64,000 nucleotides of DNA from an uncultured Gemmatimonadales bacterium (GCA_963809895.1 CAWELD010000003.1:960001-1024000); one strand, 5' to 3'. Positions 42,590 through 52,960 are shown, counted from the first letter of the stretch. The notes: generated by a model not told the origin, from the sequence alone. Made by a program: numbers and translations.

Positions 42590-43270
42590 TCAGGGCGTGG
42601 GAGCCGGGTGGGGCGCGGGCAGCTGCGCTCGCAGGAAGTCGTACCAGGCGTCCAGCCCCTCGCCGGTGAGGGCCGAGGTCATGAGGAACTGGAGCTCGGG
42701 GTTGATCTCGCGGGCGTACGCCACGGCCTGGTCGACGTCGAAGGGCACGTGGGGCAGCAGGTCGATCTTGTTGAGCACAGCGTAGCGGGCCATGCGGAAC
42801 ATCTTGGGATACTTGAGGGGCTTGTCCTCGCCCTCGGTGACGCTGAAGACCACCACCTTGGCACGCTCTCCCAGGTCCCAGGACGCGGGGCACACCAGGT
42901 TGCCCACGTTCTCGACGAAGAGCAGGTCCAGATCGTCCAGATCCAGGTCGGCGAGGGCCGCCCCCACCTGACTCGCGTCCAGGTGGCAGGCACCGCCGGT
43001 GACCACGGCGTGCACGAGGCGATCGGTCCAGCGGGCCAACCGGTCGGCGTCGTTCTGGGTCTGCACGTCGCCGGTGACCACCGCCATGCGGAGCTCGTCG
43101 CCCAGGTCCCGGAGCGTGCGCTCCAGAAGGAGCGTCTTCCCGGAGCCCGGTGAGGACACCAGGTTCAACGCCGTGACCCCAGCGGCTTCCAGCCGCCCAC
43201 GCACCTCCGCCGCCAGCTCGTCGTTGCGCGCCATGACGCGCTCGCGCAGCTCGATCCTCCGAATCGTCAT
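42590..43270 (-). CDS. hypB: Nickel insertion GTPase HypB
   Basis: [41 protein letters not shown]. Confidence 0.97.
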   Translation of the reverse strand: MTIRRIELRERVMARNDELAAEVRGRLEAAGVTALNLVSSPGSGKTLLLERTLRDLGDELRMAVVTGDVQTQNDADRLARWTDRLVHAVVTGGACHLDASQVGAALADLDLDDLDLLFVENVGNLVCPASWDLGERAKVVVFSVTEGEDKPLKYPKMFRMARYAVLNKIDLLPHVPFDVDQAVAYAREINPELQFLMTSALTGEGLDAWYDFLRAQLPAPHPAPTP

Positions 43271-43527
43271 CCCTCGATCTCCGGGTCGTCGATGTCCAGC
43301 CAGGCGACCCTCAGGTCGTCACCCTGGCACCGGTCCAGCACGGTGACGGCTCGCCCGAACGGCGGCCGCGACAGGAGCGCATCCAGGCAGAACACGAGGT
43401 TGTCGGGCTCCACGCCGGCGTCGTCGCCCACCTCGAGCCCCACCTCGCGCACCCGCGGCAGCGCCTCCAGCCCGACCTGCGCCTCCGTGATGCGGCACAC
43501 CTCCAGCGCCAGGCTCATCTCATGCAC
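43267..43527 (-). CDS. hypA: Short HypA nickel metallochaperone lacking the Zn-finger
   Basis: MHEMSLA start, [22 protein letters not shown]; no CxxC pairs; 86 aa. Confidence 0.85.
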   Translation of the reverse strand: MHEMSLALEVCRITEAQVGLEALPRVREVGLEVGDDAGVEPDNLVFCLDALLSRPPFGRAVTVLDRCQGDDLRVAWLDIDDPEIEG

Positions 43528-44026
43528 GGGATCCCCCCGGGACCGCCGCCGGCGTCTCGTGACCCCATTCGGCGAGTTGCGTCAGGATGGCCTCCAGCAG
43601 CGCCGGCACGGCCGCCTCGACGGTCTCCGACAGGCCGTCTCTCAGCTCCACCACCGCCGGCTCCAGCCCAAGCGCCACGGCTTCGTCCGGAAAGGTCCCG
43701 CGCAGCTCGGCCACGGCGAAGACCTCCTGCAGGTCGATCTGGTGGGGCGAGATCTTCTGACTGAGCAGCCGTGGCAGCTCGTGCTTCTGCAACCGCACCA
43801 GGGCCCCCGGAGGCGCGCCGTGGCGGATCACGTCCACGAGGATCAACCGCCGCGCCTCCTCGATGGCGGGCAGCAGCTGCATGCCCCAGGTGCCGCCGTC
43901 CAGGAACGCCACGCCGTCCATGTCGCCCACGGCGTCGCGCAGACGGGCCACGGCCGCCACACCGAGCCCGTCGTCGCCCATGAGCGGGCTGCCCACGCCC
44001 AGAACCACCGTCCCGGGCTCAGTCAT
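43520..44026 (-). CDS. hyaD: Hydrogenase maturation protease
   Basis: VLGVGSPLMGDDGLG, LDGGT, SPHQ. Confidence 0.93.
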   Translation of the reverse strand: MTEPGTVVLGVGSPLMGDDGLGVAAVARLRDAVGDMDGVAFLDGGTWGMQLLPAIEEARRLILVDVIRHGAPPGALVRLQKHELPRLLSQKISPHQIDLQEVFAVAELRGTFPDEAVALGLEPAVVELRDGLSETVEAAVPALLEAILTQLAEWGHETPAAVPGGSRA

Positions 44027-44741
44027 CGACGAAATCGATGTCGGCCCGCACGTAGCGGCCGCCGCTCACCATGGACGAGATGCGGCTCTCCTGATGCACC
44101 ACGTCGGCCCGCACCGTCAGGTAGACGTGCACCGGGATGAAGACGCCCCACGCCCAGGTGAGCACGTGGTGGGCGAAGCGGACCACCTGCGCCCCACCCA
44201 ACAGGCTCCCCACCCAGGCGAAGCTCGTGAAGAACAGGCCCCCGGGGTTGGACAGGCCGTACAGATAGAACCCGGTGCACACCTGCACGAGGGCCACGAA
44301 GTAGATGAAGGAGTAGGTGATCTGCTGCAGCGGGTTGTGGCCCATGTAGTGGGGCGCCCGCCACGGCTGGATGAAGAGGTACTTCTTCAGGACCAGCCAC
44401 AGGTTCTTCCAGTCCTCCGCGTGGTACGGAAAGAGCGCCGTCCAGCGCTCGAATTTGTTGCCCACGAAGAGGTAGTAGAATCGCAGTATGGCCGTGGACA
44501 CCAGCACCCCCGCCGCCGCGAAGTGCACGAAGCGGAAACGAGCCATCATGAAGTGCGCGCTGGGCTCGCCGCTGGTGAGAAAGTAGGGGCGTCCGATGTA
44601 GAAGCCCGTCACCGCCAGCGTGAGGATGCACAGCACCGCGATCCAGTGCATGGCCCGGATCGCCCAGTGCCACAGGTAGACCCGCTTGTACTGGATCGGC
44701 AGGTCCCGCGACAGGCTCGGCGCGGCGGTGTGGGCGCTCAT
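44019..44741 (-). CDS. hyaC: [NiFe] hydrogenase b-type cytochrome subunit
   Basis: RAMHW, RFVHF, GHNPLQ, RFAHH..PVHVY, ISSMVSG. Confidence 0.93.
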   Translation of the reverse strand: MSAHTAAPSLSRDLPIQYKRVYLWHWAIRAMHWIAVLCILTLAVTGFYIGRPYFLTSGEPSAHFMMARFRFVHFAAAGVLVSTAILRFYYLFVGNKFERWTALFPYHAEDWKNLWLVLKKYLFIQPWRAPHYMGHNPLQQITYSFIYFVALVQVCTGFYLYGLSNPGGLFFTSFAWVGSLLGGAQVVRFAHHVLTWAWGVFIPVHVYLTVRADVVHQESRISSMVSGGRYVRADIDFVDD

Positions 44742-46453
44742 TCGCCCACCCTCACCCGCGTCACTTCCCTGCCCTCGGCGTCCAGCACGTGGACACCGCA
44801 CGCCATGCACGGGTCGAAGGAGTGGATGGTGCGGAGGATCTCCAGCGGCCGCGCCGGATCCACCAACGGGTGGTTGTCCTTGAGCGACGCCTCGTAGGGG
44901 CCGTTGGCGCCGTTCTGGTCCCGGGGAGAGCAGTTCCAGGTGCTGGGGACCACGCACTGATAGTGGCTGATGGCACCGTTCTCGATCTGGACCCAGTGCC
45001 CCAATGCGCCCCGAGCGGCCTCGAGATATCCGTAGCCCTGCGCGGAATCGGGCCAGCTGTCGGGGTGCCAACGCGAGCCGTTGAAGGTGTTGGTGTCTCC
45101 GGTGCGGATGCGGGAGACCAGCGAATCGAACCAGGTCTCCAGGCGTCGGGCCAGGAGCACCGTCTCGGCACCCCGGGCCGCCGTGCGGCCGAGGGTCGAG
45201 AAGAGCGCCTCCGGGCCGACCTCCAGCCGTCCCAGCGCCTCACCCACCACCTCCTGGGTGTCCTGGTGGCCCGATGCGTACGCCACCAGCATGCGGGCCA
45301 GCGGCCCGACCTCGGTGGGCCGGCCGTCGTAGCGCGGCGCCTTCATCCAGGTGTACTTGTCGTGATCCTGCAGATACGTCCAGGGTGGCTCGGGGCCCGT
45401 GTAGTGGGGCCGCGTCTCGCCCTGAGACGGGTGCAAGCCCACGTCCGGGCCCTCCTCGTAGTCGTACCAGGAGCTGGTGACGTACTCCTTGATCTTCTCC
45501 TGATCGTAGGGCTGCACGTCGGCCAGGTTGCGATCGAGGATCACCCCCCGTGGCAGGTAGAGGGAATCGAGGTCGCGCCACTGCCCGTTGTCCGGGTACT
45601 CGCCCACCGACAGGTAGTTGGTGACCCCACCGCCGATGGCCGCCCAGTCCTTGTAGAACGAGGCGATGGCCAACAGGTCGGGCCAGTACACCTGCTCGAC
45701 GAAGATCCGAGCCCGGTGGATCATGTCCTTGATCTTCGTCAGGCTCTCGGCGTTGATGGTGCCGGTGTCGTCCAGGTTGATGGCCGACGCCATGCCACCC
45801 ACCAGGAAGTTCGGGTGGGGATTCTTGCCACCGAAGATGGTGTGCACCCGGATGACGTCGCGCTGCCAGTCCAGCGCCTCCAGGTAGTGCGAGACCGCCA
45901 TCAGGTTGGCCTCCGGCGGCAGCTTGTACGCCGGATGGCCCCAGTAGCCGTTGGTGAAGATCCCGAGTTGCCCGGACTCCACGAAGCGGCGCACCCGGTC
46001 CTGCACCTCGCGGAAGCGGCTCTCGGAGTTGTTGGGCCAGGGGGACAGGCTGCGGGCCAGCCGCGCCGTGGCCGCCGGATCGGCGGACAGCGCGCTCACC
46101 ACGTCCACCCAGTCCAGCGCGTGCAGATGGTAGAAGTGGATGACGTGGTCCTGCACGGTCTGCATGCCGTGCACGAGGTTGCGGATCAGCCCGCCCGCCG
46201 GCGGCACCTCGATGCCCAGGGCATCCTCCACCGCGCGGCACGAAGCCAGCGCGTGCACGACGGTGCACACGCCACAGATCCGCTGCGTGAACGCCCAGGC
46301 ATCGCGGGGATCGCGGCCCTCCATGATGATCTCGATCCCCCGGAACTGGGTGCTGGAGGCCCAGGCATCGGCGATGCGCCCGCCTTCCTCCTGGACCTCG
46401 ATGCGCAGGTGCCCCTCGATGCGGGTGATGGGATCGACGACGACCTTAGCCAT
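44738..46453 (-). CDS. hyaB: Group 1 [NiFe] hydrogenase large subunit
   Basis: DPITRIEGH, L1 TQRICGVCTVVH, L2 SFDPCMACGVH plus cleavable C-terminal tail. Confidence 0.96.
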   Translation of the reverse strand: MAKVVVDPITRIEGHLRIEVQEEGGRIADAWASSTQFRGIEIIMEGRDPRDAWAFTQRICGVCTVVHALASCRAVEDALGIEVPPAGGLIRNLVHGMQTVQDHVIHFYHLHALDWVDVVSALSADPAATARLARSLSPWPNNSESRFREVQDRVRRFVESGQLGIFTNGYWGHPAYKLPPEANLMAVSHYLEALDWQRDVIRVHTIFGGKNPHPNFLVGGMASAINLDDTGTINAESLTKIKDMIHRARIFVEQVYWPDLLAIASFYKDWAAIGGGVTNYLSVGEYPDNGQWRDLDSLYLPRGVILDRNLADVQPYDQEKIKEYVTSSWYDYEEGPDVGLHPSQGETRPHYTGPEPPWTYLQDHDKYTWMKAPRYDGRPTEVGPLARMLVAYASGHQDTQEVVGEALGRLEVGPEALFSTLGRTAARGAETVLLARRLETWFDSLVSRIRTGDTNTFNGSRWHPDSWPDSAQGYGYLEAARGALGHWVQIENGAISHYQCVVPSTWNCSPRDQNGANGPYEASLKDNHPLVDPARPLEILRTIHSFDPCMACGVHVLDAEGREVTRVRVGE

Positions 46454-47669
46454 TGGGATCCTCCTCCGACCCGTCGTCGGATGCGGGGGGCTCGGGTGAC
46501 GGCGCCGCCGACGGGGGCGGCGCCGGAACGATGGGCAGATCCCGGGCGGGATCGTGAGGCAAGCGCCGCTCGCGCATGCGGTTGACCCCCGTGGCCACCG
46601 CGTGGGCCGTGACGCCGGCGGCGGCGCCCACCGCCAGGGCGGCGCCGATGAGATCGGCATTCCGTTCCACACCGAAGCCCGCGATCCCGGGCAGTCGATC
46701 GTAGAAGGGCGTCATGGTGTCCCAGAAGTGACGCTCGGTGCAGCCCAGGCAGGGGTGGCCGGCACCGATGGGCCAATCGGTGTGACCGTTCCACTGGAAG
46801 ATCGGGCACGGCGAGAAGGTCGCCGGGCCCTTGCAGCCCACCTCGTACAGACACCAGGCCTTGCGGGCGCCTTCGTCGTCGAACGCCTGCACGTATTGGC
46901 CGGCGTCGAAGTGTGCACGGCGGGGGCACTGATCGTGGATGCGCGCCCCGTAGGCGAACATGGGACGCCCGTCGGAGTCCAGATCCGGAAGCCGATTGAA
47001 GGTCAGGTAGTGCACCAGGGTGGCGGTAACCACGTCAGCGATGGGCGGGCAGCCGGCGATGTTCACCACCGGCTTGTCGCGCACGATCTCGGCCACCCCC
47101 ACCGCTCCGGTGGGATTGGGCCGGGCCGACTGCACCGACCCGAAGTGGGCGCAGGCCCCGATGGCCACCACCGCCGCGGCACCGTCCGCCGCTTCCACCA
47201 GGATGTCGTGGGCCGTGCGTCCGCCGATGGTGGTGTAGATGCCGTTCTCCTCCATGGGCACCGAGCCGGTGACGAGGAGGACGTAGCTGCCGCGGTTCTC
47301 TTCCATGGCGCTCTGGAGCGCCGATTCCACCGCGTCGCCCGCCGCCGCCATCAGGGTGTGCTGATAGTCCAGGGAGATGAGATCCAGGATGAGATCCCCG
47401 ATGGTGGGATCCGAGCTCCGCAGCACGCTCTCCACGCACCCGGTGCACTCCTGGAGCTGGAGCCAGATCACCGAGGGCCGGCGCACCTGCTGCAGGGCCC
47501 GTGCGATCTCCGGACCCATGGCCTGGCCGAGGCCGAGAATGACGGCCATCTCGCCGCAGTACTTGAGGAAGTCTCGCCGGCTGACGCCACGCCGCTCCAG
47601 GTGTTCACCCAGGGTCTCGGCGTCCGTCCAGGCATGGGACGTAGGAAAGAACATGCGCGCGCCTCCCAT
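46446..47669 (-). CDS. hyaA: Group 1 [NiFe] hydrogenase small subunit (Tat signal, C-terminal anchor)
   Basis: SRRDFLK, ECTGCVES, GACA, GCPP, HDQCPRR, CLYEVGCKGP, GHPCLGC. Confidence 0.96.
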   Translation of the reverse strand: MGGARMFFPTSHAWTDAETLGEHLERRGVSRRDFLKYCGEMAVILGLGQAMGPEIARALQQVRRPSVIWLQLQECTGCVESVLRSSDPTIGDLILDLISLDYQHTLMAAAGDAVESALQSAMEENRGSYVLLVTGSVPMEENGIYTTIGGRTAHDILVEAADGAAAVVAIGACAHFGSVQSARPNPTGAVGVAEIVRDKPVVNIAGCPPIADVVTATLVHYLTFNRLPDLDSDGRPMFAYGARIHDQCPRRAHFDAGQYVQAFDDEGARKAWCLYEVGCKGPATFSPCPIFQWNGHTDWPIGAGHPCLGCTERHFWDTMTPFYDRLPGIAGFGVERNADLIGAALAVGAAAGVTAHAVATGVNRMRERRLPHDPARDLPIVPAPPPSAAPSPEPPASDDGSEEDPNG

Positions 47670-47849
47670 GAGGGATCACAGGGTCCTGCTCTATCGCAAA
47701 CCCGCGCAGGGCGGGAAGGGCCGGACTGGGTGGCGCTGCGGGGGCCGACGGTCGGGAGTACCTATTCAATCCGGCACCCCACGGCGGCTATAGGGACAAG
47801 CCAGGCAATCCCTGTGGGGAAAACCCCTTCAGAGGCTCACGGGGCGCAC

Positions 47850-47884
47850 GAGAAAGGCCCCGCCACCAGGAGGTGACGGGGCCT
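47850..47884 (-). terminator. Intrinsic terminator after the TPR gene
   Basis: Minus strand AGGCCCCGTCACC-TCCT-GGTGGCGGGGCCT followed by TTCTC. Confidence 0.7.
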
Positions 47885-47911
47885 CGAGCCTCGCGACGAC
47901 CGGCGCCGGGA

Positions 47912-48613
47912 TCAGCCCTCGGCTGCGGTCTTCGCCTCGGCCAGGCGCATCTCCATGCGTCCCCGATCCGGATCGTTGGGTTCGAGCCGGTCCAGCACCC
48001 GCTGGTACAGCTCGGCGGCGCCCTGGGGATTGCCCTGCTCCATGCGGATGCGCGCGGCGTCCTGCAGCGCGTCGATCTTCTGGAAGTCGAGGCGGGCGCG
48101 GTCGGCCACGCGCAGATAGAGCTCCTCGGCTTGCTGAGGCTGGCCCTGAGCCTCGTAGGCCCGGGCCAGGAGCACCGCCACCTGCGGACCCAGGGGCTCG
48201 GTCACCGGCACGTCCGCCGCCTCCAGCACCTGCACCGCCTCGCCGGCCTGTCCGTCCTGGAGATCGAGCTGGGCCAGCACCAGGCGCGCTTCGGCGGCGT
48301 GGGGCGTGCTGCTGAAGCGCTGGATGTACTGCGACAGCCGCACCTTGGCGTCGGTCTGCTCACCCGCGCTCAGCGACTGCTGGATGCTCTCCAGCTCCTG
48401 GACCGCCATGGTCTGCAGACGCGAGCGGTAGCTCACGTAGTACAGGACTCCGGCGATGACCAGCCCCAGCGCGACCCCGAAGAGGATCAGCACCTGACTG
48501 TTCTTGCGGGCCCAGGTCGAGAGCTCGAAGACCTTGGCTACGAATACGTCTTCGGCCTCGTCTTCGCGCTGGTGCGGGCGGCGCCGGGAACCGGGGTGGC
48601 GCTTCTTCGCCAT
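47912..48613 (-). CDS. YfgM-like membrane-anchored TPR protein
   Basis: Basic N-terminus, single TM, TPR helices. Confidence 0.8.
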   Translation of the reverse strand: MAKKRHPGSRRRPHQREDEAEDVFVAKVFELSTWARKNSQVLILFGVALGLVIAGVLYYVSYRSRLQTMAVQELESIQQSLSAGEQTDAKVRLSQYIQRFSSTPHAAEARLVLAQLDLQDGQAGEAVQVLEAADVPVTEPLGPQVAVLLARAYEAQGQPQQAEELYLRVADRARLDFQKIDALQDAARIRMEQGNPQGAAELYQRVLDRLEPNDPDRGRMEMRLAEAKTAAEG

Positions 48614-48673
48614 AGCGTCCTTCAACTGTGCGGTGTACAGGGACGAAATGCCCAGGGGGCAGAACGAAAAAAG

Positions 48674-49315
48674 CTATGTACGCGCGGCTTCCAGCGCCAG
48701 CCCGTCAGGGTCCGCCACACGCAGCCGACGCCCGTCCTGTTCCAGGAGATCACGGTAGATCCAATCGTTGAGCTGCGTCGTCACCGTGGAGCGGTGCAGA
48801 CCACACAGCTCGCCGAGGATCCGGTGGGGCACACCGACGGGTAACCAGCCCGCCTCCTCGCCGACGCGCTCGACCAGGGCCAGGAGGGTGCGCGCCAGAC
48901 GAGCCGCCGCCGAGCCCCGGCCGGATCCGGCTGCCGTGGCCCGGGCCAGGGCGAGCTCGTCGCCCCGGGAATCCAGCAGCAGCGGCAGTGTGTGGCGACC
49001 GCGCCGGAGCGCCGCCAGCAGCGACGACCCCGCGGTCTCGGTCACCACCGCATCGGTGAGAGCTTCCGCGCCCGTGCGCCGGCGCCGCGCCTCACCCAGC
49101 GCGCTCAGCCCCGTCAGGTCGCCGGCGCCCGCCACGTCCACGGCGCAGCCCCCGGGCCGCGTGAGAAGAACGAGCCCCTGGCGGACCCAGAGGCAGGTGG
49201 AGCCGTCATCACCCGGCTCCCACAGTGACTCACCGGCCCATACCCGGCGGTCTTCGCCGCGCCCCAGCGCACGGTAGAGGGTCCGGTCCCGGGAGGGCAC
49301 GACGCGGAACGGCAT
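48674..49315 (-). CDS. Crp/Fnr family transcriptional regulator
   Basis: cNMP-like domain (GESLWEPGD, GDLTG, AEALTD), C-terminal HTH HRILGELCGLHRSTVTTQL. Confidence 0.85.
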   Translation of the reverse strand: MPFRVVPSRDRTLYRALGRGEDRRVWAGESLWEPGDDGSTCLWVRQGLVLLTRPGGCAVDVAGAGDLTGLSALGEARRRRTGAEALTDAVVTETAGSSLLAALRRGRHTLPLLLDSRGDELALARATAAGSGRGSAAARLARTLLALVERVGEEAGWLPVGVPHRILGELCGLHRSTVTTQLNDWIYRDLLEQDGRRLRVADPDGLALEAART

Positions 49316-49316
49316 G

Positions 49317-50534
49317 TTACGCCTGTTCCCGCATGCGCCCGTGGGGCCGGAGCGCCGGATGGAGCGTCAACGCCGTGGCGATCAGCAGCGCCGGCAGCGT
49401 GGCCAGCGCGGCGGTGCGGGCCCCCGCGGCGTCTCCGAGAGCCCCCGCCGCGGGCAACAGCATGGACGCCGTGGCCCAGGCCATCCCCATGACCACCGAC
49501 GACGCCACCGCGGCCCCTTCCGGGAGCAGCTCCTGGGCGAGGATCACCACCGGCGGCAGGATGGCCATGTTGAGGAAGCCCGCGGCGGCCGCCGCCGCGA
49601 GTCCCGCGGGGTGTCCCGCGGGAAGCCCCAATGCCAGCGCGTGCACCGGGAGCGCCAGCGCCGTCAGGGTCGCCAGCAGTCGGATCCGGTGGACGCGATC
49701 GGTCAGGAGTCCCCCCACCAGCGTGCCCGCGGCCTGTCCAGCCAGGTAGATGCTCAGCGCCAGCGCGCCCACCGCCTCGGAGCGTCCGTCGGCAGCGGCG
49801 ATGATGGGCATCATGGTGAGGTAGACGCGCTGCACGAAGGCGGTGAGGGCGCTCACGCCGAAGACCAGCCCCAGGGGACCGGCGAGGAGTCGCAGCACGG
49901 CCCGCGGCCCGGGCGGCAGCGCGGCTGGCCGCTCGCTTCGCCCCGACGGCAGCCGCCGCCACAGCACGGGGATCAGGAGGAGCGCCGGGATCATGGCCAC
50001 CCAGAGCCCCGCGAGCCCCAGCCAGCCCACGATCCCCACCGCCACCAGGGGACCCACCGTGTAGCCCGCGGCGCCCCCGAAGGAGAAGAAGGAAAAGCGG
50101 AGCCCGCTTCCCCGCCCTTCACGGATGCGGGCGGCGAAGGACGCGCCCGGCGGGTGGAAGGCGGCGCTGCCCAGACCACCGAACAGGAGGAGGGCCAGAA
50201 GGAGCTCGAACGACGGCGCCCAGCCGATGAGCGAGAGGAAGATCGCGGACACGGCCGGTCCCACCATGACGAAGACCCGGCGTCCGAAGCGGTCGGCCAG
50301 ATATCCCGCGAGAGGCTGCAGCAGCGACGAGGCGAGCCCGAAGACCGTGGCCGCGGTGGCCGCCATGGCGATGGTGAGCCCCAGCTTGTCCATGATCCGG
50401 GGCAGGAGCGGTGCCAGGAATCCCGCGTAGGCATCGTTGAGGCCGTGCGCCAACGCCACCACGAGGGCGATGCGCGCCGGCGAGCGCACCCGCTCCAGCG
50501 GGGATCGGGGAACGGTGGCGGTGGCTCGGTTCAC
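49317..50534 (-). CDS. MFS transporter (Fsr-like)
   Basis: AHGLNDAY, QPLAGYLADRFGRR, GSAAFHP; start approximate (50534 or 50579). Confidence 0.88.
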   Translation of the reverse strand: MNRATATVPRSPLERVRSPARIALVVALAHGLNDAYAGFLAPLLPRIMDKLGLTIAMAATAATVFGLASSLLQPLAGYLADRFGRRVFVMVGPAVSAIFLSLIGWAPSFELLLALLLFGGLGSAAFHPPGASFAARIREGRGSGLRFSFFSFGGAAGYTVGPLVAVGIVGWLGLAGLWVAMIPALLLIPVLWRRLPSGRSERPAALPPGPRAVLRLLAGPLGLVFGVSALTAFVQRVYLTMMPIIAAADGRSEAVGALALSIYLAGQAAGTLVGGLLTDRVHRIRLLATLTALALPVHALALGLPAGHPAGLAAAAAAGFLNMAILPPVVILAQELLPEGAAVASSVVMGMAWATASMLLPAAGALGDAAGARTAALATLPALLIATALTLHPALRPHGRMREQA

Positions 50535-50682
50535 GAGGGGGCCGTGGACGAATTCGGGACGGCACGCGGGAGCCCACATGGTATCGCCACGGGCGGTCCC
50601 GTGCCACGGCACGAGGGGTGGCGCGGGCCGCGCCCGGAAGCCATCCTCAGGGACCCCTCGCCACGCTGAACCGGAAGGCCCC

Positions 50683-52464
50683 ATGCATCGTCCGCTCCGC
50701 CGGAGGCTCCTGCCCGTCGTAGCCCTCGTCTTCGCTGCGTGCGGCACGCCCCAGCCCTCTCCGCAAGCACCGGCTCCCGAGGCGCCCGTGAACCCCGAGC
50801 CCGTGGCGGAGCCGGCGCCGGCCGAGCCGGCGGGCCCCGAGTTCCCGGCCCAGAACCGCCCCGACGTCCGGGGCACGCACGGCGCCGTATCCTCCGACCA
50901 TCCATTGGCTTCGGCCGTGGGATACCAGGTGTTGCGTGAGGGCGGGAACGCCATGGACGCCGCCATCGCCATGGCCGGCGTGCTGGCGGTGGTCCGCCCG
51001 CACATGAACGGCGTGGGCGGCGACGCCTTCGCGCTGTACTACGAGGCCTCGAGCGGAAAGGTCTTCGCCCTCAACGGCTCCGGACGGGCCGGTGCGCTGG
51101 CGACTCCCGGGTTCTTCGCGGCCGCGGGCCAGGACCAGGTACCTGCCGTGGGCGCGCTCACCGTGACGGTACCGGGCGCCGTGGCGGCCTGGGCCGACGC
51201 GCTGGAGCGCTTCGGGACCCGCACGCTGGCCGAGACCTTGCAACCCGCCATCGGGTACGCGCGCAACGGCTTCCCGGTCTCGACCCGGCTGGCCCGTGAC
51301 TTCGCCGAGGAGGGGGGAAACCTGGCCCCGGAGGCGCGGGCGGTCTACATGCCCGGCGGCCGCCCACCCCGTGTGGGCAGCCTGCTGCGCAACCCGCCAC
51401 TGGCGGCCACCCTGGAGGGCATCGCCGCCGAGGGCAAAGACGGATTCTACCGGGGGCCGGTGGCCGAGGCGCTGAGCGGATTCCTGGCCGAGCATGGCGG
51501 GTATCTGCGCGCCGAGGACTTCGCGGCCCACACCTCGACCTGGGTCGAACCCCTCTCCGCCGACTATCTGGGACACACCTTCCTGGTGCTCCCGCCCAAC
51601 TCCCAGGGGTTCGCACAGCTCCAGCAGATGGAGATGGCCAGCCACTTCGATCTCGCCGACATGGGATACGAGAGCGCCGACTATCTGCACACGCTCATCG
51701 AGATCAAGAAGCTGGCCTTCGCGGACCGGGACCGCTGGGTGGCGGATCCCGAGTTCGCGGACATCCCGTTGAACCGCTTGCTCGACCCGGCGTACCTGTC
51801 CGAGCGCGCCCGTCTCGTGGATCCCCGCCGCGCCGCGGGCGACCGTGAGCCCGGCGTGGGCGGTGCGGTGTCCGGCTCCGGCGGCGTCGGCGAGCTCGAC
51901 GACAGTGGCGACACCGTCTATCTGACGGTGGTGGACGATGAGGGCAACGCCGTGAGCTGGATCCAGAGCCTCTTCGCCGGATTCGGCTCGGGACTGCTGG
52001 AACCCACCACCGGCGTGTTGCTGCAGAACCGGGGCGCTCTCTTCACCCTGGAGGAGGGACATCCCAATCGAGTGGCGCCGGGCAAGCGGCCCTTCCACAC
52101 GCTGACGCCCATGATGGCGCTCCAGGACGGGGAGCTGGCCTTCACCATCGGCACCCCAGGCGGAGACTCCCAGACCCAGTCGCTCCTGCAGATCGTCAAC
52201 GCCATGCTGATCTTCGGCATGACACCCCAGGAGGCGGTGGAAGCGCCCCGCTTCCGGAGCTACGACGGCCGGGAGGTGGCGGTGGAGGACCGCATCCCCG
52301 CCGACGTGCGGGCCGAGCTGGAGGCCCGGGGCCACGAGCTCCGGGTGATCCACGGTTGGACCGCCACCTTCGGCGGCGCCCAGATGATCCGCATCGAGCC
52401 ACGGTCAGGCACCCTGACGGCCGCCGCCGACCCCCGACGCGAAGCCTACGCCATCGCCTACTGA
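50683..52464 (+). CDS. ggt: Gamma-glutamyltransferase (lipoprotein)
   Basis: Lipobox FAAC; GGNAMDAA, GVGGDAF, DT(V)YLTVVD cleavage Thr, PGKRPFHT, DPRR. Confidence 0.93.
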   Translation: MHRPLRRRLLPVVALVFAACGTPQPSPQAPAPEAPVNPEPVAEPAPAEPAGPEFPAQNRPDVRGTHGAVSSDHPLASAVGYQVLREGGNAMDAAIAMAGVLAVVRPHMNGVGGDAFALYYEASSGKVFALNGSGRAGALATPGFFAAAGQDQVPAVGALTVTVPGAVAAWADALERFGTRTLAETLQPAIGYARNGFPVSTRLARDFAEEGGNLAPEARAVYMPGGRPPRVGSLLRNPPLAATLEGIAAEGKDGFYRGPVAEALSGFLAEHGGYLRAEDFAAHTSTWVEPLSADYLGHTFLVLPPNSQGFAQLQQMEMASHFDLADMGYESADYLHTLIEIKKLAFADRDRWVADPEFADIPLNRLLDPAYLSERARLVDPRRAAGDREPGVGGAVSGSGGVGELDDSGDTVYLTVVDDEGNAVSWIQSLFAGFGSGLLEPTTGVLLQNRGALFTLEEGHPNRVAPGKRPFHTLTPMMALQDGELAFTIGTPGGDSQTQSLLQIVNAMLIFGMTPQEAVEAPRFRSYDGREVAVEDRIPADVRAELEARGHELRVIHGWTATFGGAQMIRIEPRSGTLTAAADPRREAYAIAY

Positions 52465-52482
52465 ACCGGGAATCACCGCACC

Positions 52483-52857
52483 ATGGACCGCACCTTCACT
52501 GCCGTGGCCGCACTGTTCGGATTCCTCGGCGTCGCCCTGGGCGCCTTCGGGGCGCACGCCCTGCGCGCCAGCCTGGATCCCCGCGACCTTGAAATCTTCG
52601 AGACCGCGGTACGGTATCAACTCGTGCACGCCGTGGCCCTCCTGGGGGTGGCGTGGGCGTGGACCCGCTGGCCCGGCACGGCCACGGTGACCGCCGGATG
52701 GCTCTTCGTGGCGGGCATCCTGATCTTCTCCGGCAGCCTGTACGCGCTGGTCCTCACCGGCCAGCGCTGGATGGGAGCGATCACGCCGGTGGGCGGCGTC
52801 GCCTTTCTCGCGGGCTGGTTGGCGCTGGGATGGGCCGCCGCCATGAGCCACGCCTGA
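52483..52857 (+). CDS. DUF423 (YgdD/TMEM256) membrane protein
   Basis: GAFGAH, TAVRYQLVH, FSGSLY, GAITPVGG. Confidence 0.92.
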   Translation: MDRTFTAVAALFGFLGVALGAFGAHALRASLDPRDLEIFETAVRYQLVHAVALLGVAWAWTRWPGTATVTAGWLFVAGILIFSGSLYALVLTGQRWMGAITPVGGVAFLAGWLALGWAAAMSHA

Positions 52858-52960
52858 TCCGGAACCCAGGAACCGGGCCTCGCGCCCGGGTGTTCAACTG
52901 TGCGGAAACGGGGCTCTCGGGCGCCGCTTCCGCCACCCCTCGCACACCAGGATCGACTGC

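Noticed and set aside
46446..47669. O2-tolerant group 1d (six-Cys proximal cluster) or NiFeSe hydrogenase
   Set aside because: Small subunit reads CTGC without supernumerary Cys; large subunit L2 has Cys, not an in-frame TGA
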